DNA from: Mantamonas sphyraenae STR306 | Lineage: Eukaryota > Protista > CRuMs | DNA: 64,000 bases | Reading direction: 5' to 3' | NCBI GenBank assembly: GCA_026936335.1 | Contig: JAPMXV010000026.1 | Location: 206,272-270,271 of the forward strand | Part shown: one piece after another, positions 1 through 9,715 of the stretch | How the letters are laid out: every line of letters begins with the position of its first letter | Position numbering within the stretch: the stretch's first letter is position 1 | The notes under the pieces: generated by a model | Seen by the model: the letters and a program-made list of their open reading frames with translations, nothing else | What the model was told of the DNA's origin: nothing | Databases searched by the model: none | Translations under genes and position numbers: made by a program

Positions 1-2
1 AC

Positions 3-842
3 CCAAAGATCCTGGCTGCGGGCACACTGACCAAGTTTAGCAAACGCACGCGACGCGTACGTTACCTGCAGGACTACAACAGCAAGGAAGTGGGACGCGA
101 GGTGGCCAGTCGCATCCTGCGCAACCTGGATCCGCTGCAGGCGGAGGCAGATGTTGCGTCGTCTGCGGAAATGCCGCACTTCGAGGAGCCCAAGAGTGTG
201 GGTGGCTTGCTTCCGGGCGGCCTGCACTTTGTGCACTCGTACTTGCCGTGGAAAAAGGTGGGCAACGGCACATACACGGGCAGCGACGAGGTGGGCAGCA
301 GTAGCCACAGCAACGCACGCTCGGTGGTCACACGAAACAAGAAGGGCGGCCACGAGTACGTCATGATCAGTGTGGACGAGTACAACATCATCGACGAGAT
401 TGTGTACGCGGGCACGGAGCGGCCGGAGGTGGACAACCTGCTGTCGCTGGTGGGTCTGCCCGAACGCTACCTCAACAAGCTGCTGGATCGCTACGACGAG
501 GGACTCATCGATGACCTGGTGCCATTCCTGCGCCAATCCTGGATCCAGGCAGTGTACCACGATCGCTTCCGCAACTTTCGGGAGCAGCTGCTGGACGAGC
601 TCAACGACGAGGTGGACGTGGCGTCCATCCAGCAGAGCATCCTGAGCATGGTTGATGCGGGCAAGAGCATCTCCAACGCAAACGTGCAGACGCTGAGCAA
701 AGCGCTGACCCAGAACACAAAGGAGCTCATCAAGGCCAAGCTCATCGAGTACCTGGAGCAGAACAGCAACATTCTGGACATGTATTTTGTGCCTCGTGAC
801 GACGAGGGTGACGACGGGCAGCTGAACCCGATGTTTTTGTGA
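3..842 (+). CDS. CFAP61: Cilia- and flagella-associated protein 61, C-terminal part (5'-partial, runs off the window)
   Basis: The frame is open from position 3 (PKILAAGTLTKFSKR...) to TGA at 840-842. LVGLPERYLNKLLDRYDEGLIDDLVPFLRQSWIQAVYHDRF and the final YLEQNSNILDMYF resemble the conserved CFAP61/C20orf26 C-terminus. Confidence 0.8.
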   Translation, partial: PKILAAGTLTKFSKRTRRVRYLQDYNSKEVGREVASRILRNLDPLQAEADVASSAEMPHFEEPKSVGGLLPGGLHFVHSYLPWKKVGNGTYTGSDEVGSSSHSNARSVVTRNKKGGHEYVMISVDEYNIIDEIVYAGTERPEVDNLLSLVGLPERYLNKLLDRYDEGLIDDLVPFLRQSWIQAVYHDRFRNFREQLLDELNDEVDVASIQQSILSMVDAGKSISNANVQTLSKALTQNTKELIKAKLIEYLEQNSNILDMYFVPRDDEGDDGQLNPMFL

Positions 843-877
843 CGAAACCAACAGCAACAGCAACAAAAACCTCTCCT

Positions 878-2023
878 TCAGTTTGCGCTGTCGAAAATGC
901 TCTCTTTGCGCTTCTTCTTGGAGTCGGCCTTTGCCTTTTTGCCGTCTGCTTTGGCCTTGTCCTTCTTGCGTGTGCGTGCCTGTGCCATTTTTGTCTGCAA
1001 GCGCAGCTGGCGTTCCCAGTCGCGTCGGACGCGCAGGTACAGCATGAGGGTGCAACGGGCGTCATCGACCGAACTGTGTTCGCCCGATTGGATGTCAATG
1101 CCAAAGTGCTCCTTGGTGAGCTTCTTGAGGCCTCGTTTGCGCCTGCCATCGGCCGTCTTGTAGGGTTTGTACAGGGCGGTGTCGCGCACGAGGTGCTTGG
1201 GGTGGGACATCATCAGGGCGGCAAAGTCGTTGGCAATGTCGTGGCCGACCACGATGCGGTCCTTGAGCAGATCCGCAACTTCTTTCTGGACCTGTTTGAA
1301 GGGCTTGGCGCGGTACATGTCTTTGGCACGCACGCCACTCCACTTTGTGCGAAAGTCGGTCACCCACTCTTGCGGCTGCACAAACTCGTCGTACACTGTG
1401 TTCCCATGGGTGTTGACCACGGAACAGCGAGCAAGCACGCTCTCCTTGCCCCGGTCGCCCACGCCGACCATCTCGCAGTCCATGCCCAGCACAGCGGTCG
1501 CCTCTGTGCTATCACTGTTGCCAAACAGTGCCTCTCCGGCCTCTTGCTTTTGCCTCTCTGCCGCCTGCGCCCTCTCCTCCTCCACCCGTTGGCGTTTTGC
1601 CTGTGCTTGCGCCTCCACGTCGTCCTTCTCCTCGACGTCCCTTTCGGCGGACTGCGCCTTGCGCTTCTTGCGCCCGGGCGCCTTCCACTTGGGTTTGTTC
1701 AGCATGGGTACCCCTTCACTCCCATCATCCACCTCTTTGCCCCCTTTCCCTCCTCCCCTGTGTGCCTGCTTCACAGCCGTCTGCTTCGCCTTGCGCAGTG
1801 ACTTTTCCTGGGCCATCAGCTTTGCCCAGTTGCCAAAGCCCTTCTTGTTGCCACCCTGCTTGCCCTTGGACCGCTTCTTTGTTTTCCCGCCGCCGCTGCT
1901 TCCTGATGTGCCTTTGTCCTTGTCCGAGCTTATCTCATCCGCCTCTGTGCGCTCCTTGTCCTTGGCCACCGCCTTGCGTACGATGGCGTTGAGGAATCCG
2001 GCATCCACCTCGCTGCTCGCCAT
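878..2023 (-). CDS. REXO4: RNA exonuclease 4 (DEDDh family)
   Basis: Motifs MDCEMVGVG, LARCSVVN, VTDFRTKWSG, VGHDIANDF, RDTA, IQSGEHSSVDDAR; basic low-complexity N- and C-termini. Confidence 0.92.
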   Translation of the reverse strand: MASSEVDAGFLNAIVRKAVAKDKERTEADEISSDKDKGTSGSSGGGKTKKRSKGKQGGNKKGFGNWAKLMAQEKSLRKAKQTAVKQAHRGGGKGGKEVDDGSEGVPMLNKPKWKAPGRKKRKAQSAERDVEEKDDVEAQAQAKRQRVEEERAQAAERQKQEAGEALFGNSDSTEATAVLGMDCEMVGVGDRGKESVLARCSVVNTHGNTVYDEFVQPQEWVTDFRTKWSGVRAKDMYRAKPFKQVQKEVADLLKDRIVVGHDIANDFAALMMSHPKHLVRDTALYKPYKTADGRRKRGLKKLTKEHFGIDIQSGEHSSVDDARCTLMLYLRVRRDWERQLRLQTKMAQARTRKKDKAKADGKKAKADSKKKRKESIFDSAN

Positions 2024-2269
2024 TGCTTGCTGATGCTGGTTGCACCGGCGCTTGCGAATTGCGCCTCAGTTCCATGTCATGATGGGCAACGTGTGTGCAC
2101 ATGGCGGCATAGGTGGAGACCTGTGTGAGGTTTGGCGTGGGCGTTTGCCGGGGGGGAAATGCATCAGCATCAGCAGCGGCGACGTCTCGCAACGGGGCCA
2201 CGTCGAGCGCAAAGAGGACAAGTGAGAAGCAAGGAACGAGGATGGGGATTGGGTGTGGATGGGGGTTGT

Positions 2270-3242
2270 TTACTCGGTGTTGAGGGGAACGCCAAAGGAG
2301 CAGGCTGTGTCGACGCCAATGTTGTAGCCGGGCTTGGTGGTGATGTACACGAAACCCTCGGCACCCCAGGGCTGGCCCCAGGAGTTGCGGACAATCCAGA
2401 CCTCCTGGCCGTCCATGACGGTCCAGCCGACCACGCTGATCTCGTGGTTGATCTGCGGGTTGCTCATCTGCTGGGAAAACACGCCGCCGGTGTAGGCCTC
2501 GAGCTGGGCGTCGGCATGGACACCGCAGGAGATGGGACCACGAGCAAAGATCTCGGCCTTCATCTTGTCGGCACCGGCAATGCTGCCATAGTCGCCCACC
2601 TTGTACACTGTGTACTTCTCCAGCGGGTAGCAGTTGCTCGGGGAGCAGGTGAAGCAGCGCGTCATGTTGGTGCACTTCTCATCCTTGCCCAGGTAGTTGT
2701 TGCAGGTCTCGTCCACAAGGCCCGTCTCGTGGGCGTACTTGTACACGCCAAGCGGGTCGCCGCCCTCGCAGGAACCGGCGCCTCCGCAGGCAATCACCTC
2801 CTGCGGGCTCAGGTATGCGCTGGGCCACTTGCCGCCGCGCTTGATGTTGATACGGTCAGCCAGAGCCGAGGTCGTGCTGTGTGTGGGGTGCACGCAGGTT
2901 GTGGGTGTCAGCGGCAGGCGTGCGAGGCGGGACGAGGCAAGAGAGGGGAAAACGGCAGGCTTTTTGCCCGGCGCGCGTGGATTCGTACCCCATAGCCCAG
3001 CAAGAGCCGCAGTACACCTCCTGGTGCTGGTTGCGGATGACCGACAGGTAGTTGGTGCCGTTGACGTCACGCCAGTCCCATGTGGTGGGCAGGTCCTCCA
3101 CCTTGAGGTACTCGTGGGGCATCGGTTCGGTGATGTGGTCCTCGATGCCAAAGCTGATCACGCTGGAGCCACGCTGCCACTCCTGGGCGCTCACAATGGC
3201 TGCAAGAACAAGCAGAGCGGTGATGGCGATGGATGTGCGCAT
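2270..3242 (-). CDS. CTSZ: Cathepsin Z/X-like papain protease, paralog A (exons 3242-2989, 2876-2270)
   Basis: Signal peptide, [20 protein letters not shown] (mini-loop plus catalytic Cys), [15 protein letters not shown]. Intron 2988-2877 (GTACGA...gctgac...CAG) restores [13 protein letters not shown]. Confidence 0.93.
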
Positions 3243-3434
3243 CTGGTGAGTGTGTTTGTTTGGTTGGGAGCGTTGGCGAGCGTTTGCTCTCTCTCTGGGT
3301 CAACGTGTTGGGTGTCTGCCCTGTTTGCAGAGAGTGGTGCAGGAATCCACCCACACAGCACGTGTGACGAGCAGGAGAAAATCAACACAAGAGTTGTTGT
3401 TTTTGCATTGCTTTCAGACACCCTCACCCTCTTC

Positions 3435-4809
3435 TTACTGCTCGCTCACGCGCTCAGGCTTCAGAGGCACACCAAAGCTGCATCCCAGTCTCGATGCCAA
3501 GGTCGTAAAAGTGACGTGTGGTGATGCGGAAGAAGCCACGCTCTCCCCACGGCGTGCCCCACGAGTTGCGCACAACCCAGAACTCTTCGCCGTTCTCCAC
3601 GCCCCAGCCCACCACACTGATGATGTGGTTGATCATCGGCACAGGGTTGAACTGCGAAAAGATGCCACCCGTGTACGCCTCCAGCTTGGCGTCGGCGTGC
3701 ACACCGCAGGCAATCGGTCCGCGTGCAAAGATCTCCGCCTTCATCTCGTGGGGTCCACGCACATGGCCGTAGTCACCCACCTTGTACACTGTGTAGTTGG
3801 TTACAGCCACACACTTGCTCGGCGAGCACGTGAAGCATCGGTGCTCAGCGTTGCACTCCTGGTTCACCCCCACGTAGTTGTTGCACGTCTCGCTCACCAG
3901 TCCCTTGTCGTGTGCATACGCAAACACACCAATGGCCGTGCCACCGTCGCATGATCCAGCCCCACCGCAGTCAATCACTTCCTGCGGGCTCAGGTAGTTG
4001 TTCGGCCACGCTCCCTTCTGCATGATGTTCAGACGGTCAGCAATCGACGACGTCGATCTGTGTGGTGTCGTGTCCGTCGCAGTCGCAGTCGGTGGTGTCA
4101 GTGTGTGTTGTCGTTGCTGTCACTGTCTCGTCCATGGTGTCCGTTCAGCTCTCCTTGAGCCCCTGCCTCGCCGCGTTTGCCTCAACGTCTTGGCGAACCT
4201 CCCTCTCTTCTCCCTCCCTTGGTCTGCCTTCTCTCCCAATCCCCTCTCCACACCGGCACCCGCATGCACGCCATCCTTCCCGTCTCGTGCCTCCACCCAT
4301 TCTCTGCTCTTGTTCTGCACCTGAACCAGCGCAACGGCGTGCGTTTTGTGCTCGGCTGCCTTCTTTGCCCGCGTGGATTTCCCTCTCCCCGCACCGTCCT
4401 CCCGTCGTTTACCCCGCCCCACACCCTCTCTCTCTCCATCTCTCCCTGCCCATCGGCTTCCCCAGCACCCACTCTCTCCCTCCCATCCTCTCCTTTCCCG
4501 CTCATCCACTCACCCCATCGACCAGCACGAGCCGCAGTACACCGGCATGTGCTGGTTGCGCGTCGGCGACAGAAAGTTGGTGCCGTTGACATTGCGCCAG
4601 TCAAACGCATCCGGAAGGTCCTCCAGCTTGATGTACTCGTGCGGGCGGGGCTCCGTGATGTGTTCAGGGTGAGCAAGCTGCTCCTCCCAGTTCACCACAC
4701 ACGCCTGGCGCTGCACCTCCTGTCCACGCAGCGGCATGCTAGCCACCATCTGCAGCAGCAGAGCTGCCACAATCACTGCCGTCATTCCACTCTTGGATCC
4801 CATCTTCAT
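3435..4809 (-). CDS. CTSZ: Cathepsin Z/X-like papain protease, paralog B (exons 4809-4514, 4057-3435; one extra base at ~3485)
   Basis: Signal peptide, [35 protein letters not shown]. Intron 4513-4058 (GTGAGT...CAG) lies at the same codon position as in paralog A. Removing one G at 3484-3486 restores the C-terminus ETGCSFGVP. The exact start ATG is uncertain. Confidence 0.9.
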
Positions 4810-4944
4810 TTGCTGGGGTTGGTTGGTGGTGGGGTTTTTGTTGGCGCCATCGTCGAACGGAACAGCCACAGGCACCGAGACATCCCCATCCACTGTCCTC
4901 TGTCCTCGCGAGTGTCACTGTCCATGCATTTATGCCCACCCTTT

Positions 4945-5115
4945 TTACGCACGCAACATTGCCTCTCGGTTCATCAACACCCGCAGCTCCACACGCTTCT
5001 CCTCAACACGCTGCGCATCTTTCTCCTGCACGTCCATGGGCACCCTCTCCTGGTACTGCGCACTCGCCATGCGTGTCTCGATCCCATCGATTTGCTTTTG
5101 CACCTTGTGGCCTTC
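4945..5115 (-). pseudogene. Orphan fragment: C-terminal coiled-coil tRNA-binding arm of valyl-tRNA synthetase
   Basis: KVQKQIDGIETRMASAQYQERVPMDVQEKDAQRVEEKRVEL...* resembles the eukaryotic ValRS tail (pattern ..S.Y..KVP..VQE.D..KL...E.EL). There is no in-frame ATG upstream of the arm (stop at 5190) and no catalytic domain nearby. Confidence 0.6.
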
Positions 5116-5165
5116 TCGATGTGGTTTGCGTTTGCGCTGCGAACTCGCAGAAAACGCAAACACCC

Positions 5166-6340
5166 ATGGGCCTCTTTTCCAACCTCTTCAAGCGAAAGAG
5201 CTCCACCGACGAGAAGAGGAGGAGAAGTCTCAACAACAGGCTCGCATGCCTCACGTGTATCAGCCGTCGTCGTCGAACAGCTCAACCTGGATCACGTCTG
5301 GCGAGGAGGAAAAGGAGTGGAAGACACATGGCATGGCGCTGGAACGAGAATTGAACGACGGTGAGATTGAGCTGGTGCAGAGCATCTCCGCGTATGAACG
5401 CCGGTACCTGTTGATCAGCGGCCTTTCATCGCCCGCAACGGCGTTGACGGAGCTGAAAAAGCTGGTGAAGGAAATAACCGAGCTCTCCACGGCGGCCGGA
5501 GAGACGAGCGTGGGCTTTGTGTGCACCGTTGCGAACGGAACGCTCAAAAGCGACACCAATGGGATGACAGACATGCCGGAGAACATGCTTTTGTGCTTGT
5601 CGGTGCCGCCGCCGAGCTTCTGGGTCGACTATTTCGACTGCGTGTTTGTGTATAACCACTTCAACTACGCATGGAGCCAGCAAGTCGAGTTTGGCGACCT
5701 GCTTGCACGATACGTGGAGTTGGGCGGCAGTGTGGTGCTGTCGGGCTGTGTGGTGCGCGAAAACTACACGTTCAAGGGAGTGTTCACCAAGGACTATGCG
5801 CCCTACGGCATCACACAAAGCAACGGCGGCAGTAACCTTGAGGCCAAAGTGGAAGACTCTGAATTTGCAACGCATCCTGTGTTTGACGGCTGCACGTCAA
5901 TCAATCTGGGCGGTCTGTACATTTACTCGGCGGCCCAGGAATTGCCACCAAACACGCGCTGCCTACTCAAAGCAGGCCAGGAAATCCTGGTCACGGAGCG
6001 TGTTTACCCCAACTTTGGGGGCACCAGCATGCTGCTCAACTGGTATCCCGTCGACGCCGGGGTGCAATCTGGCATGGGCTTCAAGGTAGACACAGATGGG
6101 TACCGCATCCTCTTCAACGCCCTGCGCTATGTGCGCCACGTCAGTTGGTCCCTGGAAAACCACCACGTGTTTACCAAACCGTTTCGGGCAGCTGTGTTTG
6201 CCGTGGTCATGCTTGCGTACATGGATCCCGAAGGAAACGAGGAGCACGAGTACGCGTCCGAGCTGCCCTTCCGATGGCACGAGCTTCCCAACGAGGTCAT
6301 TTTTAACGTGTTTAAGCAACTGGGCAAGATGTGGCGATGA
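5166..6340 (+). CDS. Uncharacterised protein: putative N-myristoylated N-terminus, class-I-GATase-like central fold, C-terminal F-box/BC-box-like motif (one missing base at ~5216)
   Basis: MGLFSNLFKRKSSTDEK joins EEEKSQQQARMPHVY with one added G. Central region: DYFDCVFVY...GDLLARYVELGGSVVL...HPVFDG...ILFNALRY. C-terminus: WSLENHHVFTKPFRAAVFAVV...ELPNEVIFNVFKQL. Alternative start at the downstream ATG of MPHVY. Confidence 0.6.
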
Positions 6341-6390
6341 GAGAGGGAGAGAGAGTGTGTGCGGATCAGGCAATGGACTTTGCTCGTCAT

Positions 6391-8078
6391 TCAGCTCACG
6401 GGAAGACCGAGCAGTTTTCGCAGGCCGTCAAAGGTGAGTGGCCTTCGTTCTACAGCGGACATGAGGTCGTCCTCGCACTGTTTCATGATTTCCGGGTATT
6501 GCATGTAGCCTGCGTTGATCTCGAGAAATCTAGCGTCGAGGAGGTCTGCGAGCACGCCGAAGCATTCTTGCAAAGGCTGCGGATGCTGTGTGAGGCAAAA
6601 GAATTCAAAGAGCGGTGTGGTCCACTGCTCGTCACTGTTGAGGCTCAACATGCCAAGGAGTTTGGAGGTGACATTGATGCCCGAGGCGCAAAAGGGATAG
6701 GTGCGTTCGGGCTCAAACTTGTCCTGGTACGCAAGCGTGTGGTGCTCCGCGTAGTAGAGAAGGTTGGTGAGCCCCAGCATGCCCATGCCACGAAAGTCTG
6801 TGGCCGGGTCTTTGCCCTGAAAGCCGATCTTGGACCACATGCGAGAGAGACGTGCGTCGAGGGGCGTGTCGGGCATGCCTAGGTCCCACAATCGCATGAG
6901 CATGTGCTCGTGTTCCTCGTTCTCCTTGTCGTATTTTTGCTCCGAAAGGGCGAGCATGGCGTGCAGGTAGGCCATGGTTTCGCGTTGCACTTGCTTGTGC
7001 TTGCGGATGAACGCGCCGAGTGTCTCTTGGAACTCGTCCGCCATGACTGTGTACACCATCATGTCCTTGGCGCGTGAGGACAATGTCAACCGGAAGCGCT
7101 TCATGACACCAAACAGGTGGTGGTCCATCCAGCCCTCGTCCATGTTCATGTCCAGTCGGAAGGATTGCACTTGGTCGACATACACAAGGTCCGTGGGTCT
7201 TTCGTCGTGGTAGTAGACACGTTGTGTCAAGTGGTCCTCTTTGTGTGATGAGCCGGATGAGGAAGATGAGGAAGATGAGGAAGATGATGATGATGAGGAG
7301 GAGGAGGAGGAGGAGGAGCCACCGACGGTCTCTGGTGAGCCAGGGGAATTAAACACGTTGACAAGTTGCTGCTCACCCTGGTCTTCATGCACGGTGACTT
7401 CGACAGTGGCGCGGAGCGGCGCATGCTGGTTGCAAGTGCGGATTGGTCGTCGAGATCATCGTCGGCGCTGTATGGGTCATTGTCGTCGTCGAGGACAATC
7501 AGCTGGTCTTCGGAGAGACCCCCCACAATGGAATCGTCGTCTTGTGGGTCGTCGTGTGCAGTGTCGATCGTGTCTGCAGAGGGAGGGTCGTGCTCGTGTT
7601 TGGCGCGGCGTGGATGATCAGAATACGGAGCGCGCTCCGGAACCATGCCGAGGTCAAGGTGGGCTGGCTTGTTGTCGGAGCCTGTGATGTGGCGTGCGCG
7701 GAGGGGAAGAAAGAGGATTTGGGCGTAGGAGGTGATGCGGATGACGTAGAGGAGGTTGGAGCGGACGGCGACGAATTCGTCACCGCGGAGGCGGAGCAGT
7801 TGCAGAGCCTGTTTGTGCTCGGCAAGCTTGCTGGAAAATGCGTTATACTGTGCAATGTACATCTCCTGGCGGGCCTTGTTCTCTTCCTCCTCGGCCGGAG
7901 TGGTGTCGAGAGTGACGAGTTGCGCAGTCGACTCCTCCTCGGCCACCATGCGCTGCTCATGCTGCTCAAACTCCACACGCACCTGTTCCATCAGCTCCAA
8001 AGTGATTGTCTTTTTGGTGCGCAGGGCCGTGATCTTGGCCGGTACGACCACACATGCCGGGTGGCCGCTGGGATCCAT
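6391..8078 (-). CDS. ELMO-domain (ELMOD-type Arf-GAP) protein (one missing base at ~7400-7430)
   Basis: ELMO signature WSKIGFQGKDPATDFRGMGMLGL and YPFCASGINVT. The upstream frame (MDPSGHPAC... coiled coil, acidic linker) joins ATVEVTVHEDQGEQQ through a 1-nt shift. Confidence 0.82.
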
Positions 8079-8120
8079 TGCAGCAGTTGGCGTGTCATGG
8101 CCACGTTCTGGGGCAACACA

Positions 8121-9616
8121 ATGAGCAGCAAGGAGAACAACAGCAACAGCAGCAGCAGCGACTCTGGATCCACAGCTCTTGACTATGACCGCTTCCGGGC
8201 TGTGCTCCTGGGCCAGGCGGTTGGCGATGCGCTTGGGACGACGGTGGAATTCTCTGCGCCCGGCTCGTTTCAGCCGCTGGAGGACATTGTGGGCGGCGGA
8301 CCGTTTCAACTGCTGCCAGGCATGTTTACAGACGACACAAGCATGGCCTTGTGCCAGGGCGAGAGCGTGGTGTTGCACAGGGGCAAGTTTGACGCGTTGG
8401 ACATCAGTCGCGCGTTTGTGTCGTGGTATCACGACGGCCACATGAGTCCCACGGGGGAATGCTTCGACATCGGGGTCAGCACACGGTCTGCACTCAACAT
8501 GTTTGCGCGTACAGACACACCGTACCCAAAGTCGGACAAGGCAGCAGGCAATGGCGGCCTGATGCGCCTGGCGCCGATTGCCATGGCGTACAGCCGTCTG
8601 CCACGCGCGTGCATGGCCCTGTGCGGCAACAGCAGCCGCACAACACATGGAAGTGCCATGAGTGTGCAGAGCTGCGAGTACTGGGGTGGTTTGATTGCGG
8701 GTGCTCTGGCCGGTGTGGACAAGGAAACGCTTGTGGGCGGTGAGGTGTTTAGCGCCACTGGCGAGGGAGCCGGGTACTGGAGCGACGTGGAGGGCAAGCT
8801 GGACAACGACGCGTGGCACGACGCGTACGACATGCAGGCGTACGATGTGGACGAGGCGCACTCGATGGTGAAACAGCTGCAGGAGGTTGCAGTGGAGGCG
8901 TCGTTCAGGAAGCTGCAGCCGCCGGATATCAACAACAGTGGCTTTGTGATCCGGTCGCTGGAGGCTGCGCTGTGGGCTTTCTACACCACGGACGACTTCA
9001 AGTCGGGCCTACTGGCGGCAGTGAATTTGGGCGACGACGCGGACACGGTCGGGGCCATTTACGGCCAGCTGGCAGGAGCCTACTACGGCGTGGGTGGGGA
9101 CAAGGGCATTCCCGAGGAATGGGTTGCCATGCTGTCCATGCGGCCGATCCTGGATGTTCTGTGTGAGGAGCTGTACCGGATCGCGCTTGCATACGACGAC
9201 CCGGAGGCGTGTGAGGAGCTTGCTGCCGCGTTGAAGGAGCACAACGTAGAAAGTGCAGCAGAGTTGCCTCCTTCCGTGATCCGAGACCTGGAGCTGACGT
9301 CGTGTGCAGTGGATGGGCGCGCCGAGGCAGTACTTGCTAGCTGGCGGAAACTGGAGGACATGTGCCGCAACGCGGTGGGGCGCACACACGCGGGACCGCA
9401 CACGTTCAAGAGTGTGTCCGCCATGATGATCACGCAGAAGCCATCGCAGAGGAGTGGCGGGAGAGTGCTGAAGAGCTGAGCAAGGAAGATCAAGACGCGT
9501 TGATTGAGTGTGCCATGGCGTTTTTCGAGCAGGCAAAACCTGCAGTGGAGAGGCGTACGGGCGGAGTCATGGGCTCGTTGATGGGGGCGTTGCTTCAGCA
9601 GCAGAAGAAAGGGTGA
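8121..9616 (+). CDS. ADP-ribosylglycohydrolase (ARH/DraG-like) (one missing base at ~9422)
   Basis: Motifs GQAVGDALG, FTDDTSMAL, CFDIG, GNGGLMR, TTHG, AVNLGDDADTVGAIYGQLAGA. The helical C-terminus DDHAEAIAEEW...QQQKKG* continues in the shifted frame. Confidence 0.88.
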
Positions 9617-9715
9617 GGAGGCAATGCAGCTGCAATATTGGAAGCAACCAATTTTTTTTTGCAAGGAAACCCAGTCATCATGTTTCATCCAGCTAGACAG
9701 TCAACACGCCACAAT

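Noticed and set aside
2270-4809. A single double-domain cathepsin Z formed by splicing the two paralogs
   Set aside because: Each has its own signal peptide and stop codon, and the obvious GTAAGA donor and CAG acceptor join out of frame.
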